Assembly (NCBI GenBank): GCA_963575745.1
Contig: CAUYUJ010000086.1
Coordinates: 1 to 64,000, forward strand
DNA: 64,000 nucleotides
Origin: Prorocentrum cordatum
Lineage: Eukaryota
Reading direction: 5' to 3'
The notes beneath the pieces are model-generated. The model did no database searches. It was not told the DNA's origin and was given only the letters and a program-made list of their open reading frames with translations. A program made the position numbers and the translations under genes. Shown piece after piece: positions 12,930 to 24,517 of the stretch. Position 1 is the stretch's first letter, and every line of letters begins with the position of its first letter.

Positions 12930-13670
12930 TTGTCGTTTGCGACGTGGAACATTGCTGGTGGGCATCGCGCTGCCGTGGCGCCGCATTCCTGGACCGCGCG
13001 GGATCAGCGCGCCGCGGTTCTTGGCGTGGTGCTCCGTTGGAGGCAGGCGCGCGGGTGTGACGTCGTTGCCTTGCAGGAGTGCGAGGGCGGGGGTGCGTAC
13101 GAGGAGCTGTCAGGGGAGTTTCAATTGGCGGGCGTTGCGCAGGCGCACGAGTCCAGGGGGTATGTGCATCTGTACGTCAGGCACGGTCTGCGGGCGGAAT
13201 CTGTGGCTGTGCCAGGGCAGGATCCGCGCGTGCTGCGCCGTGTCCAGGTGCCCGGAGACGGCGGCGCCGGCGGCGATGGGCACGTGCACGTGGCGGCGGC
13301 GCACCTGCCCACGGACGCGTCATGGGAACGGCGTCGTGCGATACTTGGGAAGATTGTGGCGAAGTGCGGGCACGAATGCCATCGGCTGCTCATCGTGGGC
13401 GACATGAACAGCACGGATGCGCAGGTGCAGCCGTGGAGCAGTTGCGTCTGAGGGACGCATGGTATGAGGGCCGATCCTGGGGTTGCCCCGGCAATAAATT
13501 CTTTTCGGGTCTCGGCGACAGGGGGGCTGTCGGCCAGAGACGTGACCGGGCGCTCTCTGGAGCGGATCTCTGGTCCGAGGTGCACTTGGTAGGGAAAGGG
13601 AAGGTGTTCTTCGAGGGTTCCGAGCTCCACATGTCCGACCACTATGGGCTGTTCGGGCACGTGCGTGCCC
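12930..13670 (+). pseudogene. EEP/apurinic-type endonuclease domain, frameshifted near 13430
   Basis: FATWNIAG (12936-12959), DVVALQE, AAAHLP and IVGDMN (~13392-13409) in one frame; LRDAW, RDR and SDHYG (13634-13648) in the next frame. This is the standard EEP motif order. Confidence 0.88.
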
Positions 13671-14074
13671 ACGCGCGCTTTGGATCTCGGGGGCAGAAGA
13701 CGAGGGCCGTGGCGCAGCGCGAGCGAGTGGTGCTGCAGGCGACGCGCGATCAGTCACAGAGACTGGAGGATGTGGAGGTTCAGAGTCGGTTACAGCGTGG
13801 TCGAGAGTCCGCGGCGCTGGCCCGGCAGCAGGCGCAGGAACGAGATCGAGAGGCGCACTTGCGGACGCAGCAGCGGGCTGCCGGCCGCCGACAGCGCCGT
13901 CGGGAACAAGCGATATCCGCAGCGTTCGGGCCACAGAGTTTGTTTGCTTTGGGTCGCCCGGTTCCGCCGCCGCCGAGCCCCTGCCCGCCTCCGCCGCCAC
14001 CGTGCCCGGCAGACATGTATGTCCCGAACGTGGCTGGCATTCGCGCGGCTTCGTTGGACAGCGTGCGGTGCGTG

Positions 14075-15012
14075 CCCGTCCGAGGGATGCCGCGGCCATG
14101 GCACACCTGCTACGTGGTCAGTGTGACGCAGCTGATGTTGCGGACGCCTGCCGTCTTGGAGTGGCTTCGATGGCATTCAGAGCAGCAGTGCGAGGACCGG
14201 GGCCCGGGGCGTTGTTGCGTGTGCGGGATGTGGGAGACGTACAACCAGTTGTGCTCGCGACGCTGGCAGCAGGGACCTGTGAGTGTGCTGCGGCGTACGA
14301 GCGTTGACTGCGACGACGATGCGATGGGGCGGCCGAGTGAGTTCAATGACCCGTGGCAGCAGCAGGATGTGTTTGCGTATTGGGGTAAGCTGATCGTGGC
14401 TGCGCGTGACGCAGAGATGTTGGCAGGTCGGTTTGCGCAGCGGGAACCCGATAGCATCCGCGCGGTGAATCTGCGGGTGACGTGCGTTGATCAGATGTTC
14501 GGGTTCGTCGTGGAGAAGCGGGAGAAGTGTGACGTGTGCTATTACGAGACTGTCGCGTACGAGGCTGAGGATGTGCTGAAGCTGCGTGTTCATGGGCGTC
14601 CAGGTGGGCCCTTGATGCTGCAGGAGTTGTACTGCGACTTTTGTGCTCCTGAAGATATCGAGAAGAGCTGCCCGGGGTGCTGCCGCGACGAGCACGACCG
14701 GGTTAAGCACGTCAGGCAGACGAGAGCCACTGGTGTGCCACAGGTTCTGGTGGTTCAATTGAGGAGGGGCTCCGAGGCGCGGGAGGCAGTGTGGGTGGAA
14801 GAGCAACTGAGGCTGCCAGGGCTTCCCCAGATGCTGTTGGTCGGTGTGGTTTACCATAATGGGCGGTCAGTTAATTGCGGCCATTACACGACTCTGTGCC
14901 GCGTTCATGATGGGAGGTACTTCTTGTTTGACGACGACGAGCCACCGCGCTTGATCCGAGACGAGCCGGCGCACATCAAGCAGAAGGAGGCGTACATGGC
15001 AGTGTATTGCCG
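14075..15012 (+). CDS. Ubiquitin-specific protease (peptidase C19/USP)-like domain, part of the transposon polyprotein
   Basis: Cys box GMPRPWHTCYVVSVTQ (14084-14131), QQQDVFAYW, Zn-ribbon pairs CDVC and CPGC, PQVLVVQLRR, His box GVVYHNGRSVNCGHYTTLC...YFLFDD (14843-14938) and terminal AYMAVY. The domain itself is uninterrupted. Confidence 0.85.
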
Positions 15013-16390
15013 CCTGGGCCGCGGTCAGGGGCAGGGCGCGGGCGCAGGTGCGACCGAGGTGGACGCTGCGCGTGAGGGGCAGGGCAGTGGCGGGAGTGGG
15101 CCGGGGGGCGGTGATGCGAGTGCGTCTGGTGGCGGCGGATGGGGCGGGGGTGGGGCTGTTGGTGGTGACGCCGACGGAGCGACGGAGCGCGAGGGGGGGA
15201 GTGGGGCGTCGGCGGCCCGAGGGAACGGGCGCGCGGGCGGCGTCGCTGGCGTTCGGGCCGGGGCTTCGGCGTCTGTTGGGTCGAGGGGTGAGCCTACGTC
15301 CGGCGGTGGAGTTGGTGCAGGGCCAGGCCGTGGAGGACGCAGGGAGGGCGTTGTCTCGGTTGCCGCCGCCGAGCCGCGTTCCGCGAGCAGGCGCCTGCGG
15401 AGGAAGTGCGCGTTTTCGACGTCAGGGGAGGGGCGCGCCGTCGATGGTCATGGTGCGGCTGGGCGGCGAGCGGTCACGACGAAGGGCAGGGCTTCGGGCG
15501 CAGCCGAGTCAAGGGGCGCGGCAGGCGCCCGCGACTTGACCGCTGGGGTTGGCGGGGGGGCGGTGTCTCCGAGGGAGGGGGGGGTCTCTGGCTCGCCTGG
15601 TGGCGCCGCTCCGCGTTCCGCCGCGCGGCGGGCACGGGAAAAGACGGCGACGCCACGCTCGGATGCAGGGGCGGCGGGTGGCGCGGCGGGCGCGGCTGGA
15701 GTCAGGGATGTCGGCGGGGAGCGCGACGTCGCTGGGCCAGGGCGCGTCCGAGGTGCTCGAGGGTCCGGGGGGGCGCGCGCGGGCGGCGGGGGTCTAGGTG
15801 GCGATGTGGCGTGCGCGAGTGTCGCGGGGGGGAAAGATGCGGCAGCGGTGGAGACGGTGCGGGTTTCAGCGTCGGGGAAACGAAAGGTGGAGCCTCGGTC
15901 AGAGGCGGAGGTACCCGCGGAGGAGCTCGGCGCGTTTGGCGGCGCGAGCTGCGCCTGGCCCCGTCGCGGTCGAGGAGGGGGCTGCCGCGGGCGAGGGCGC
16001 GTATATACGGGGGGGGGTACTGGTGCGCCCGAGGCGCGCGGAGCCGTCTGGACCGTCGAGTGGCGGCGGCGCCGCGCGAGTGGTGACAGGTTTCGGCGCG
16101 GGGAGGATCGAGAACTTGGCTGCGTTCCAGCGCAGCCGCGATTTGGGGGATGCGACGCGCGCGTCGCAGCGGGTCTCGGAGGGGGCCCGAGGGAGGTGCG
16201 TGGATATGCAGGGGAATGAGCTGGATCCGTCTGCGGGGTCCGCCTGGCATGCGGGTCGATAGGGCGGGGGGTGCGGTGGGAGCTGGGTGTTGAGGGGGGA
16301 AGAGTGGGGAAGCAAGACGGGGGGGAGAGCGGGTAAATCAGGGCAAGGCTGTGCTGCGAGGTTCGGCTCCTCCCCCCTCAAGTCTTTTCT

Positions 16391-19300
16391 CTCCGCTGGC
16401 GCTCCGTGAGGGCGAAGTGGCTGGAGCGGAGGGAGGGCTGGCCCCGTAGTGGGGCGGTGCCTCCCCCCTCCGGAGCGCCAGCGAGGAGGGGGGTGCGCGT
16501 GGATGAAGGGCTGGAACTCTTTGTAGCGGTGGCGCCGATCAAGTGGTGGATGGTTCCGAAGGGATCGATGATTGGAGGGGCCTGGGGAGGGTCTCGGGTA
16601 TGCCGGGAAATGAGTTGGATCCGTCGGCGTGGTTGTCGGAGTTCGCGAGGGCGGAGTGGTTGGAGTGGAGGGGCGGCTGGCCCCGAAATTGTGCGGCGCC
16701 TTCCCCCTCCGGAGCGCCGGAAGGGGGTGTGGTGGGTGGGGGGGGGGCTCTGTGTGCCTGTCTGTGTGTCTGTGTGTCTATGTCTCTATGTGTCTATGTA
16801 TCTGTGTGTCTGTGTGTCTGTGTGTCTGTGTTTTTGCGTCTGTGTGTCTGCGTGTCAGTGTGTCAGTGTGTCTGTGTATCTGTTTGTGTGTGTGTGTGTG
16901 TCTGTGTGTCTGTCTGTCTGGGTGTTTGTGTGTCTGTGTGCCTGTGTGTCTATGGTCAGGAGGAAAAAAACACAGACGCAATTAATCGTCGCTTCCATAG
17001 AACATATGGGAAAATGTGGGGAGTGGGATGGAAGACAAAAGCACAGAAAATATGGGAACATATGGGGATTTGTTTAATTTGTGTGTATTCATTTGTGTGT
17101 CCTGGGGCCCCTTCATTTTTGCCTGCGTGTCTGTGTGTCCTTGTGTCTGCGTGTCTGTGTGTTGTTGTGTCTGCGTGTCTGCGTGTCTGTGTGTCCGCGT
17201 GTCTGTGTGTCCGTGTGTCTTGTGTGTCTGTGTGTCGGTGTGTCTGTGACTCTGGTGCTCTGTGTGTCTGTGTGCTTGAGTGTCTGTGTCTCTGTGTGTC
17301 TGTGTATTTGTGTGTCTGTATGTCTGCGTGTCTGCGTGTCTGTGTGTCTTCGTGTCTGTGTGTCTGTATGTCCGTGTGTCTGTGTGTCTGTGTGTCTGTG
17401 TGTCTGTGTGTCTGTTTGTGTGTGTGTCTGTGTGTCTGTGTGTCTGTGTGTCTGTGTGTCTGTGTGTCTGTGTGTCTGTGTGTCTGTGTGTCTGTGTGTC
17501 GGTGTGTCTGTGTGTCTGTGACTGTGTGTCTGAGTGTCCGTGTGTATTTTGTGTCTGTATGGCCGTGTGTCTGTCTGTATGTGTGTGTGGTTGTCTGTGT
17601 GTCCGTGTGTCCGTGTGTCCGTGTGTCTGTGTGTCTATGTGTCTGTCTGTCTCTCGGTATGTCTGTCTGTCCGTTTGTCTGTCTGTGTGTCTGTGTGTGA
17701 GTGTTTCTGTGTGTCTGTGTGTCTGTGTGTCTGTGTGCCTGTGTTTCTGTCTTTCTGTCTTTCTGTGTGTCTGTGCGTCTGTGCTGCTGTGTGTCTGTGT
17801 GTTTGTGTGTCTGTGTGTCAGTGTGTCAGTGTGTCTGTGTGTCTGCGTGTCTCTGTGTCTGTGTTTCTGTGTTTCAGTGTGTCAGTGTGTCTGTGTCTCT
17901 GTGTGCCTGTGTGTCTGTGTGTCTGTGTGTCTGTGCGTCTGTGTGTCTGGGTGTCTGGGTGACCGTGTGTCTGTGTGTCTGTGTGTCTGTGTGTCTGTGT
18001 GTCTGTGTGTCTGTGTGTCTGTGTGTCTTTTTTTTTGCGTCCGTGTGTCTGTGTGTCAGTGTGGCAGTGTGTCCGTGTAACTTTTTGTCTGCGTGTCGGT
18101 GTGTCTGTCTGTCTGTGTGTCTGTGTGCCTGTGTGCTTTTGTGCCTGCGTGTCTGTGTGTCCCTTTGTCTGTGTGTCTGTGTGTGTTGGTGTTTCTGCGT
18201 GTCTGCGTGTGCTTGTGTGTCTGTGTGTCTGTGTGTCTGTGTGTCTGTGTGTCTGTGTGTCTGTGTGTCTGAGTGTCTGTGTGTCTGTGTGTCTGTGTGT
18301 CTGGTGCTGTGTGTGTCGGTGTTTTTGAGTGTCTGTGTGTCTGTGTGTGTGTATTTGTGTGTCTGTGTGTCTGCGTGTATGCGTGTCTTTTTGTCTGTGT
18401 GTCTGTGTGTCTGTGTGTCTGTGTGTCTGTGTGTCTGTGTGTCTATGTGTCTGTGTGCCTGTGTGTCTGTGTGTCCGTGTGTATGTGTGTCTGTGAGTCT
18501 GTGTGTCTGTGTATCTGTCTCTCTGTCTTTCTGTTTGTCTGTGTGTCTGTTTGTCCGTGTGTCTGTGTGCCTGAGTGTCCGTGTGTCTGTGTGTCTGTGT
18601 GTCTGTGTTTCTGTGGGTCTGTGTGTCCGTGTGTCTGTGTGTCTGTTTGTCTGTGTGTCCCTGTGCCTCTGTGTCAGTCTTCCTGTCATTCTTTGTGTCC
18701 TGTGTCTGTGTGTTTGTGTATCTGTGTGTCTGGTTGCTTGTGTGTCTGTGGGTCCGTGTGTCAGTGTGTCTGTGTGTCTGTGTTTCTGTGTGCCAGTGTG
18801 TCAATTTGTCAGTGTGTCAGTGTGTCTGTGTGTCTGTGTGTCTATGTGTCTGTGTGTCTGGGTGTCTGGGTGTCAGTCTGGCAGTGTGTCCGTGTGTCTG
18901 TGTGCCTGTGTGTCTGTGTATCTGTGTGTCTGGTTGTCTGTGTGTCTGGGTGTCTGTGTGGTTGTGTGTCAGTGTGTCTGTGTGTGTGTGTGTCCGTGTG
19001 TCTGTGTGTCTGCATGTCCGTGTGTCCGTGTGTCCGTGTGTCTGTCTGTCTGTGTGTCTGTGTGTCTGTGTGTCTGTGTGTCTGTGTGTCTGTGTGTTTC
19101 TGTTTTGGTGTGTCTGTGTGTCTGTGTGTTGGTGTCTGTGTGTCCGTGTGTCCGTGTGTCTGTGTGTCTGTGTGTCTGTGTGTCTGTGTGTCTGTGTGTC
19201 TGTGTGTCTGTGTGTCCGTGTGTCTGTGTGTATGTGTGTGTGTGTCTGTCTGTCTGTGTGTCGGTGTGTCTGTGTGTCTGTGTGTCTGTGTCTGTGTGTC

Positions 19301-22300
19301 TGTCTGTCCGTGTGTCTTTTGTGTCCGAATGACCGTTTTGGCCGGGGTGTCGTGTGTCCGTGTCAGTTGTGTCTGGTATGTCGGTTGTGCTTGTTGTGTC
19401 TGTGTGTCTTGTGTTGAGTGTCTGCGTTGTCTGGGTGTCTGTTGTGTCTGTGTGGACTGGTTGTCTGTGTCTCTGTGATATCCTTGTGTACTGCGCGTAT
19501 TTGTGTCTGTGTGTCTGTGTTTCAATATGTCCGTATGTCTGGGTGTGTGTCTGTTTTTTTTCTGTTAGTTAATTAGGGTTCTGTCTGTGTGTCTGTCTTT
19601 CTGTGCGTGTGTGTGTGGGTGTCTGTCTGTGTGTCTGTGCGCGTGTATTTGCGTGTGTGTGTGCGCGTGTGTGCGTGTCAGTGTGTGTGTGTGCGCGTGG
19701 CGCTGGCATCCCCGCGCTGCCCCCCCCCCCCCTTTCCCGGGCGCTCCGCGAGGGCGGAGTGGTTGGAGTGGAGGGAGGGCCCGCCCTAAATTGGGGCGGT
19801 GCCTCCCCCCTCCGGAGCGTCTGCGTGTCTGTGTTTCTGCGTGACTGTTTGTCTGTGTGTCTTTGTGTCGATGTGTCTATGTGTCCGTGTGTCTGTATGT
19901 CTGTGTGTCTGTGTGTCTGTGTGTCTGTGTGTCTGTGTGTCTGTGTCTGTGTGTCTGTGTGTCTGTGTGTCCCTGTGTCTTTTGTTTCTGTATGGCCGTC
20001 TGTGTCTGGTGTCTGCGCTTCTGTCTGTGCGTGTTTGTCTGTGTGTCCGTGCGTCCGTGTGTCTGTGTGTCTGTGTGTCGGCGTGTCTTTGTGCCCTGTG
20101 TTTCTGTGTGTCAGTGTGTCAGTGTGTCTGTGTCTCTGTGTGTCTGAGTGTCTGTGTGTCTGTGTGTCTATTTATCTGTGTGTCTGTGTGTGTGTCTGTC
20201 TGTCTGTGTGTCTTCAGTGTGACAGTGTGTCTGTGTGTCTGTGTGTCTGTATTTTTTTTGGGCGTCTGTGTGTCAGTGTGTCAGTGTGTTTGTGTATCTG
20301 TTTGTCTGTGTGTCTGTGTGTCTGTCTGTCTGTGTGTCTGTGTGCCTGTGTGCCTTTGTGCCTGCGTGTCTGTGTGTCCTTGTGCCTGCGTGTCTGTGTG
20401 TTGGTGTTTTTGCGTGTCTGCGTGTGACTGCGTCCCTGTGCGTCTGTGTGCCTGTGTGTCTGTGTGTCTGAGTGTCTGCGTGTCTGTGTCTGGTGCTGCG
20501 TGTGTCAGTGTGCTTGAATGTCAGTGTGTCTGTGTGTCTGTGTATTTTTGTGTCTGTATCTCTGTGTGTCTGTGTGTCTGCGTGTCTGTGTTTCTGTGTG
20601 TCTGTGTGTCTGTGTGTCTGTGTGTCTGTGTGTCTGTGCTTCCGTGTGTTTGTGTGTCTGTGTGTCTCTGTGTCTGTGTATCTGTGTGCTTGTGTGTTCT
20701 GTCTTTCTATCTTTCTGTGTGTCTGTGTGTCTGTGTGTCTGTGTGTCTGAATGTCCAAGTTTGTGCGTGTCTGTGTGTCTGTGTGTCTGTGTGTTTGTGT
20801 GTCTGTGTGTTTGTGTGTCTGTGTGTCCCTGTGCCTGTGTGTTTTTCTGTCTTTCTTTGTGTCCGTGTGTCTGTGTGTTTGTGTATCTGTATGTCTGGTT
20901 GCCTGTGTGTCTATGTGTCTGTGTGTCTGTGTGTCTGGGTGTTTGGGTGTCCGTCTGTCAGTGTGTCCGTGTGTCTGTGTGTCTGTGTTTCTGTGTATTC
21001 TTGTATTTGTGTGTCTGTATGTCTCTGTGTCTGTGTGTCTGCGTTTCTGTGGGTCCGTGTGTGTGTCCGTGTGTCTGTGTGTCAGCGTGTCCGTGTGCCC
21101 ATGTGTCTGTGTGTCTGTGCGTCTGTGTGTCTGTGGGCCCGTGTGTGTGTCTGTGTGTCTGTGTGTCAGCGTGTCCGTGTAACCATGTGTCTGTGTGTCT
21201 GTGTGTATGTGTGTGTGTGTCTGTGTGTCTGAATGTCTGTGAGTCTTGTGTGTTTTTGTGTTGGTGTGTCCGTGTGTCTGTGTGCTGGTGTCTGTGTGTT
21301 CGTGTGTCCGTGTGTCTGTGTGTTTGAGTGTCGGAGTGTTTGTGTGGCTGTGTCTCTGTGTGTCTGTGTGTCTGTGTGTCTGTGTGTATGTGTGTCTGTG
21401 TGTCTGTGTGTCTGTGTGTCTGTGTATCTGTCTGTCTGTGTGTCTCTGTGTCTGTTTGTCTGTGTGTCCGTACGTCCGTGTCTTTTGTGTCCGTGTGTCC
21501 GTGTGGTCGTGTCTGTGTGTTTGTATGTCTGTGTGTTTGTGTGTTCGTGTGTCTGTGTGTCTGAGTGTCTGCGTGTCTGGGTGTCTATGTGTCTGTGTGA
21601 CTGGTTGTCTGTGTGTCTGTGCATCCTTGTGTCTGCGTGTCTGTGTGTGTGTGTCTGCGTGTCTGTGTGTCTGTCTGTTTGTGGATCTGTCTGTGAGTCT
21701 GTCTTTCTGTGCGTCTGTGTGTGTGTCTGTCTGTCTGTGCGCGTGAATTTGCGTGTGTGTGTGCGCGTGTGCGTGTGCGTGTCAGTGCGTGAGTGTGTGC
21801 GCGCGCGGCGCTGGCAGCCCCGCGCTGCCGCCCCCCCCCCCCCTTCCGGGCGCTCCGCGAGGGCGGAGTGGTTGGGGTGGAGGGAGGGCCGGCCCCAAAA
21901 TGGGGCGGCGCCTCCCCCCTCCGGAGCGCTGGAAGGGGGTGTGGTGGGTGGGGGGGCTCTGTCTGAGCAGACAGATGTCTGTTTGTCTGTGTATCTGTGT
22001 GGCTGTGTTTGTGTGCGTCTGTGTGTCTGTGTGTCAGTGTGTCAGTGTGTCTGTGTATCTGTTTGTTTGGGTGTCTGTGTGTCTGTCTGTCTGGGTGTTT
22101 GTGTGTCTGTGTGCCTGTGTGCCTTTGTGCCTGCGTGTCTGTGTGTCCTTGTGCCTGCGTGTCTGTGTGTGGGTGTGTCTGCGTGGCCGCGTGTCTGTGT
22201 GTCTGCGTGTCTGTGTGTCCGTGTGTCTATGTGTCCGTGTGTCTGTGTGTCTGTGTGCTTGAGTGTCTGTGTGTCTGTGTGCTTGAGTGTCTGTGTGTTT

Positions 22301-22597
22301 GTGTGTCTGTGTATTTGTGTGTCTGTATGGCTGTGCGTCTGTGTGTCTCCGTGTCTGTGTTTCTGTGTGTCTGTTTGTCTGTGTGTCTGTGTGTCTGTGT
22401 GTCTATGTGTCCGTGTGTCTCTGTGTCTGTGTGTCTGTGGGTCTGTGGGTCTGTGTGTCTGTTTGTCCGTGTGTCTGTGTGTCTCTATGGCCGTATGTCT
22501 GTCTGTCTGTGTGAGAGTTTGTCCGTGTGTCTGTGTGTCCGTGTGTCTGTGTGTCTGTGTGTCTGTGTGTCTGTGGGTCTTTGTGTCTGTGTGTCTA

Positions 22598-22632
<35 letters not shown>

Positions 22633-24462
22633 ATGTGTGTCTGTGTGTCTGTGTGTCTGTGTGTCTGTGTGTCTGTGAGTCAGTGTGTCTGTGTGTCTGT
22701 TTGTATGTGTGCCTGTGTTTCTGTCTGGGTGTCTTCCTGTGTGTCTGTGTGTTTGTGTGGCCGTGTCTGTGTGTCTCTGTGTCTGTGAGTCTGTGTGTCT
22801 TTGTGTTTGTGTCTCTGTGTGTCTGCGTGTCTGTGTTTCTGTGTGTCAGTGTGTCAGTGTGTCTGTGTCTCTGTGTGTCTGTGTGTCTGTGTGTCTGTGC
22901 ATCTGTGTGTCTGGTTGTTTCTGTGTCTGTGTGTCTGTGTGTCTGTGCGTCTGTGTGTCTGTGTGTCTGTTTCTTTTTTGCGTCTGTGTGTCTGGGTGTC
23001 AGCGTGTCAGTGTGTCGGTGTATTTGTTTGTGTGTGTGTCTGTGTGTCAGTATGTCTGTGTGTCTGTGTGCCTGTGTGCCTTTGTGCCTGCGTGTCTGTG
23101 TGTCCGTGTGTCTGTGTGTCTGTGTGCGTGTATGTGGTGCCTGTGTTTCTGTGTGTCTGTGTTTCTGTGTGTCTGTGTGTCTGAGTGTCTGTGTGTCTGT
23201 GTGTCTGGTGCTGTGTGTGTCAGTGTGCTTGAGTGTCTGTGTGTCTGTGTGTCTTTGTATTTGTGTGTCTGTATGTCTGTGTGTCTGTGTGTCTGCGTGT
23301 CTGTGTGTCTGTGTGTCTGTGTGTCTGTGTGTCTGTGTGTCTGTGTGTCTGTGTGTCTTTGTGTCTGTGTGCCTGTGTGCCTGTGTTTCTGTCTTTCTGT
23401 CTTTTCCGTGTCTGTGTTCCTGTGTGTCTGTGTGTCTGTGTGTCCGTGAACCTGAGCGTCCGGTTGTCTGTGCGTCTGTGTGTCTGTGGGTCTGTGGGTC
23501 TCTGTGTCTGTGTGTCTGTGTGTCTGTGTGTCTGTGTGTCCCTGTGCCTGTGTGTGTTTGTCTGCCTGTCTTTGTGCCCGTGTGTTTTTGTGTCTGTGTA
23601 TCTGTGTGTGTGGTGGCCTGTGTGTCTGTGTGTCCGTGTGTCCGTGTGTCAGTGTGGCTGTTTGTTTGTGTTTCTGTGTGTCAGTGTGTCAATGTGTCAG
23701 TGTGTCAGTGTGTTTGTGTGTCTATGTGTCTGTGTGTCTGTGTGTCTTGGTGTCTGAGTGTCAGTCTGTCAGTGTGTCCGCGTGTCTGTGTGTCCTGTGT
23801 GTCTGTGTGTCTGTGCATCTGTGTGTCTGGTTGTTTCTGTGTCTGTGTGTCTGTGTGTTTGCGTGTCTGTGTGTCCGTGTGCGTGTCCGTGTGGGTGTGT
23901 GTCTGCGTGACCGCGTGTCCGTGTGTCTGTTTGTCTGTGTGTCTGTGTGTCTGTGTGTCTGTGTGTCTGTGTGTCTGTGTGTCTGTGTGTCTGTGTGTTT
24001 TTGTGTTTGTGTGTTTGTGTGTCTGTGTGTTGGTGTCTGTGTTCTGTGTGTCCGTGGGTCTGTGTGCCTGTGTGTCTGTGTGTTTGTGTGTCTGTGTGTC
24101 CGTGTGTCTGTGTGTATGTGTGTCTGTGTGTCTGTGTGTCTTTGTGTCTGTGTGTCTGTGTGTCTGTGTGTCTGTGTGTTTGGGTTTTGTGTGTCTGTAT
24201 GTCCGTGTGTCTTTTGTGTCCGTGTGTCCGTGTCTGTGTTTTTTGCATGGCTGTGTGTTTGTGTGTCCGCGTGTCTGTGTGTCTGAGTATCTGCGTGTCT
24301 GGATGTCTGTGTGTCTGTGTGACTGGTTGGCTGTGTGTCTGTGTATCCTTGTGTCTGCGTGTCTGTGTGTCCGTGTGTCTGCGTGTCCGTCTGTCTGTGT
24401 GTCTGTGTGTCTGTCTGCCTGTGGATCTGTCTGTGATGTCTTTCTGTGCGTCTGTGTGTGTG

Positions 24463-24517
<55 letters not shown>

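Larger units (their letters stand above)
7..16262 (+). mobile_element. Giant Helitron/Helentron-like rolling-circle transposon coding region (Rep-Helicase-EN-USP polyprotein, disrupted)
   Basis: Successive + strand ORFs (7-7509, 7564-9159, 9143-9907, 9853-11163, 11176-12426, 12363-13451, 13079-16219, 15798-16262) join into one polyprotein. It carries HUH Rep motifs, Pif1 helicase motifs, EEP motifs and USP motifs in the Helentron order. GC is uniformly high. The 5' terminus is not identified and may lie outside the window. Confidence 0.9.

Noticed and set aside
12930..13670. Independent LINE retrotransposon
   Set aside because: No reverse transcriptase follows the EEP domain; it is collinear with RepHel as in Helentrons.
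675..14857. Long antisense and alternate-frame ORFs over the transposon (e.g. 4672-6894 minus)
   Set aside because: Shadow ORFs of GC-rich coding DNA with no recognisable motifs.
19750..19770. tRNA or SINE suggested by A-box-like GGCGGAGTGGTT in the hairpin module
   Set aside because: No B-box (GTTCRA) and no cloverleaf downstream.
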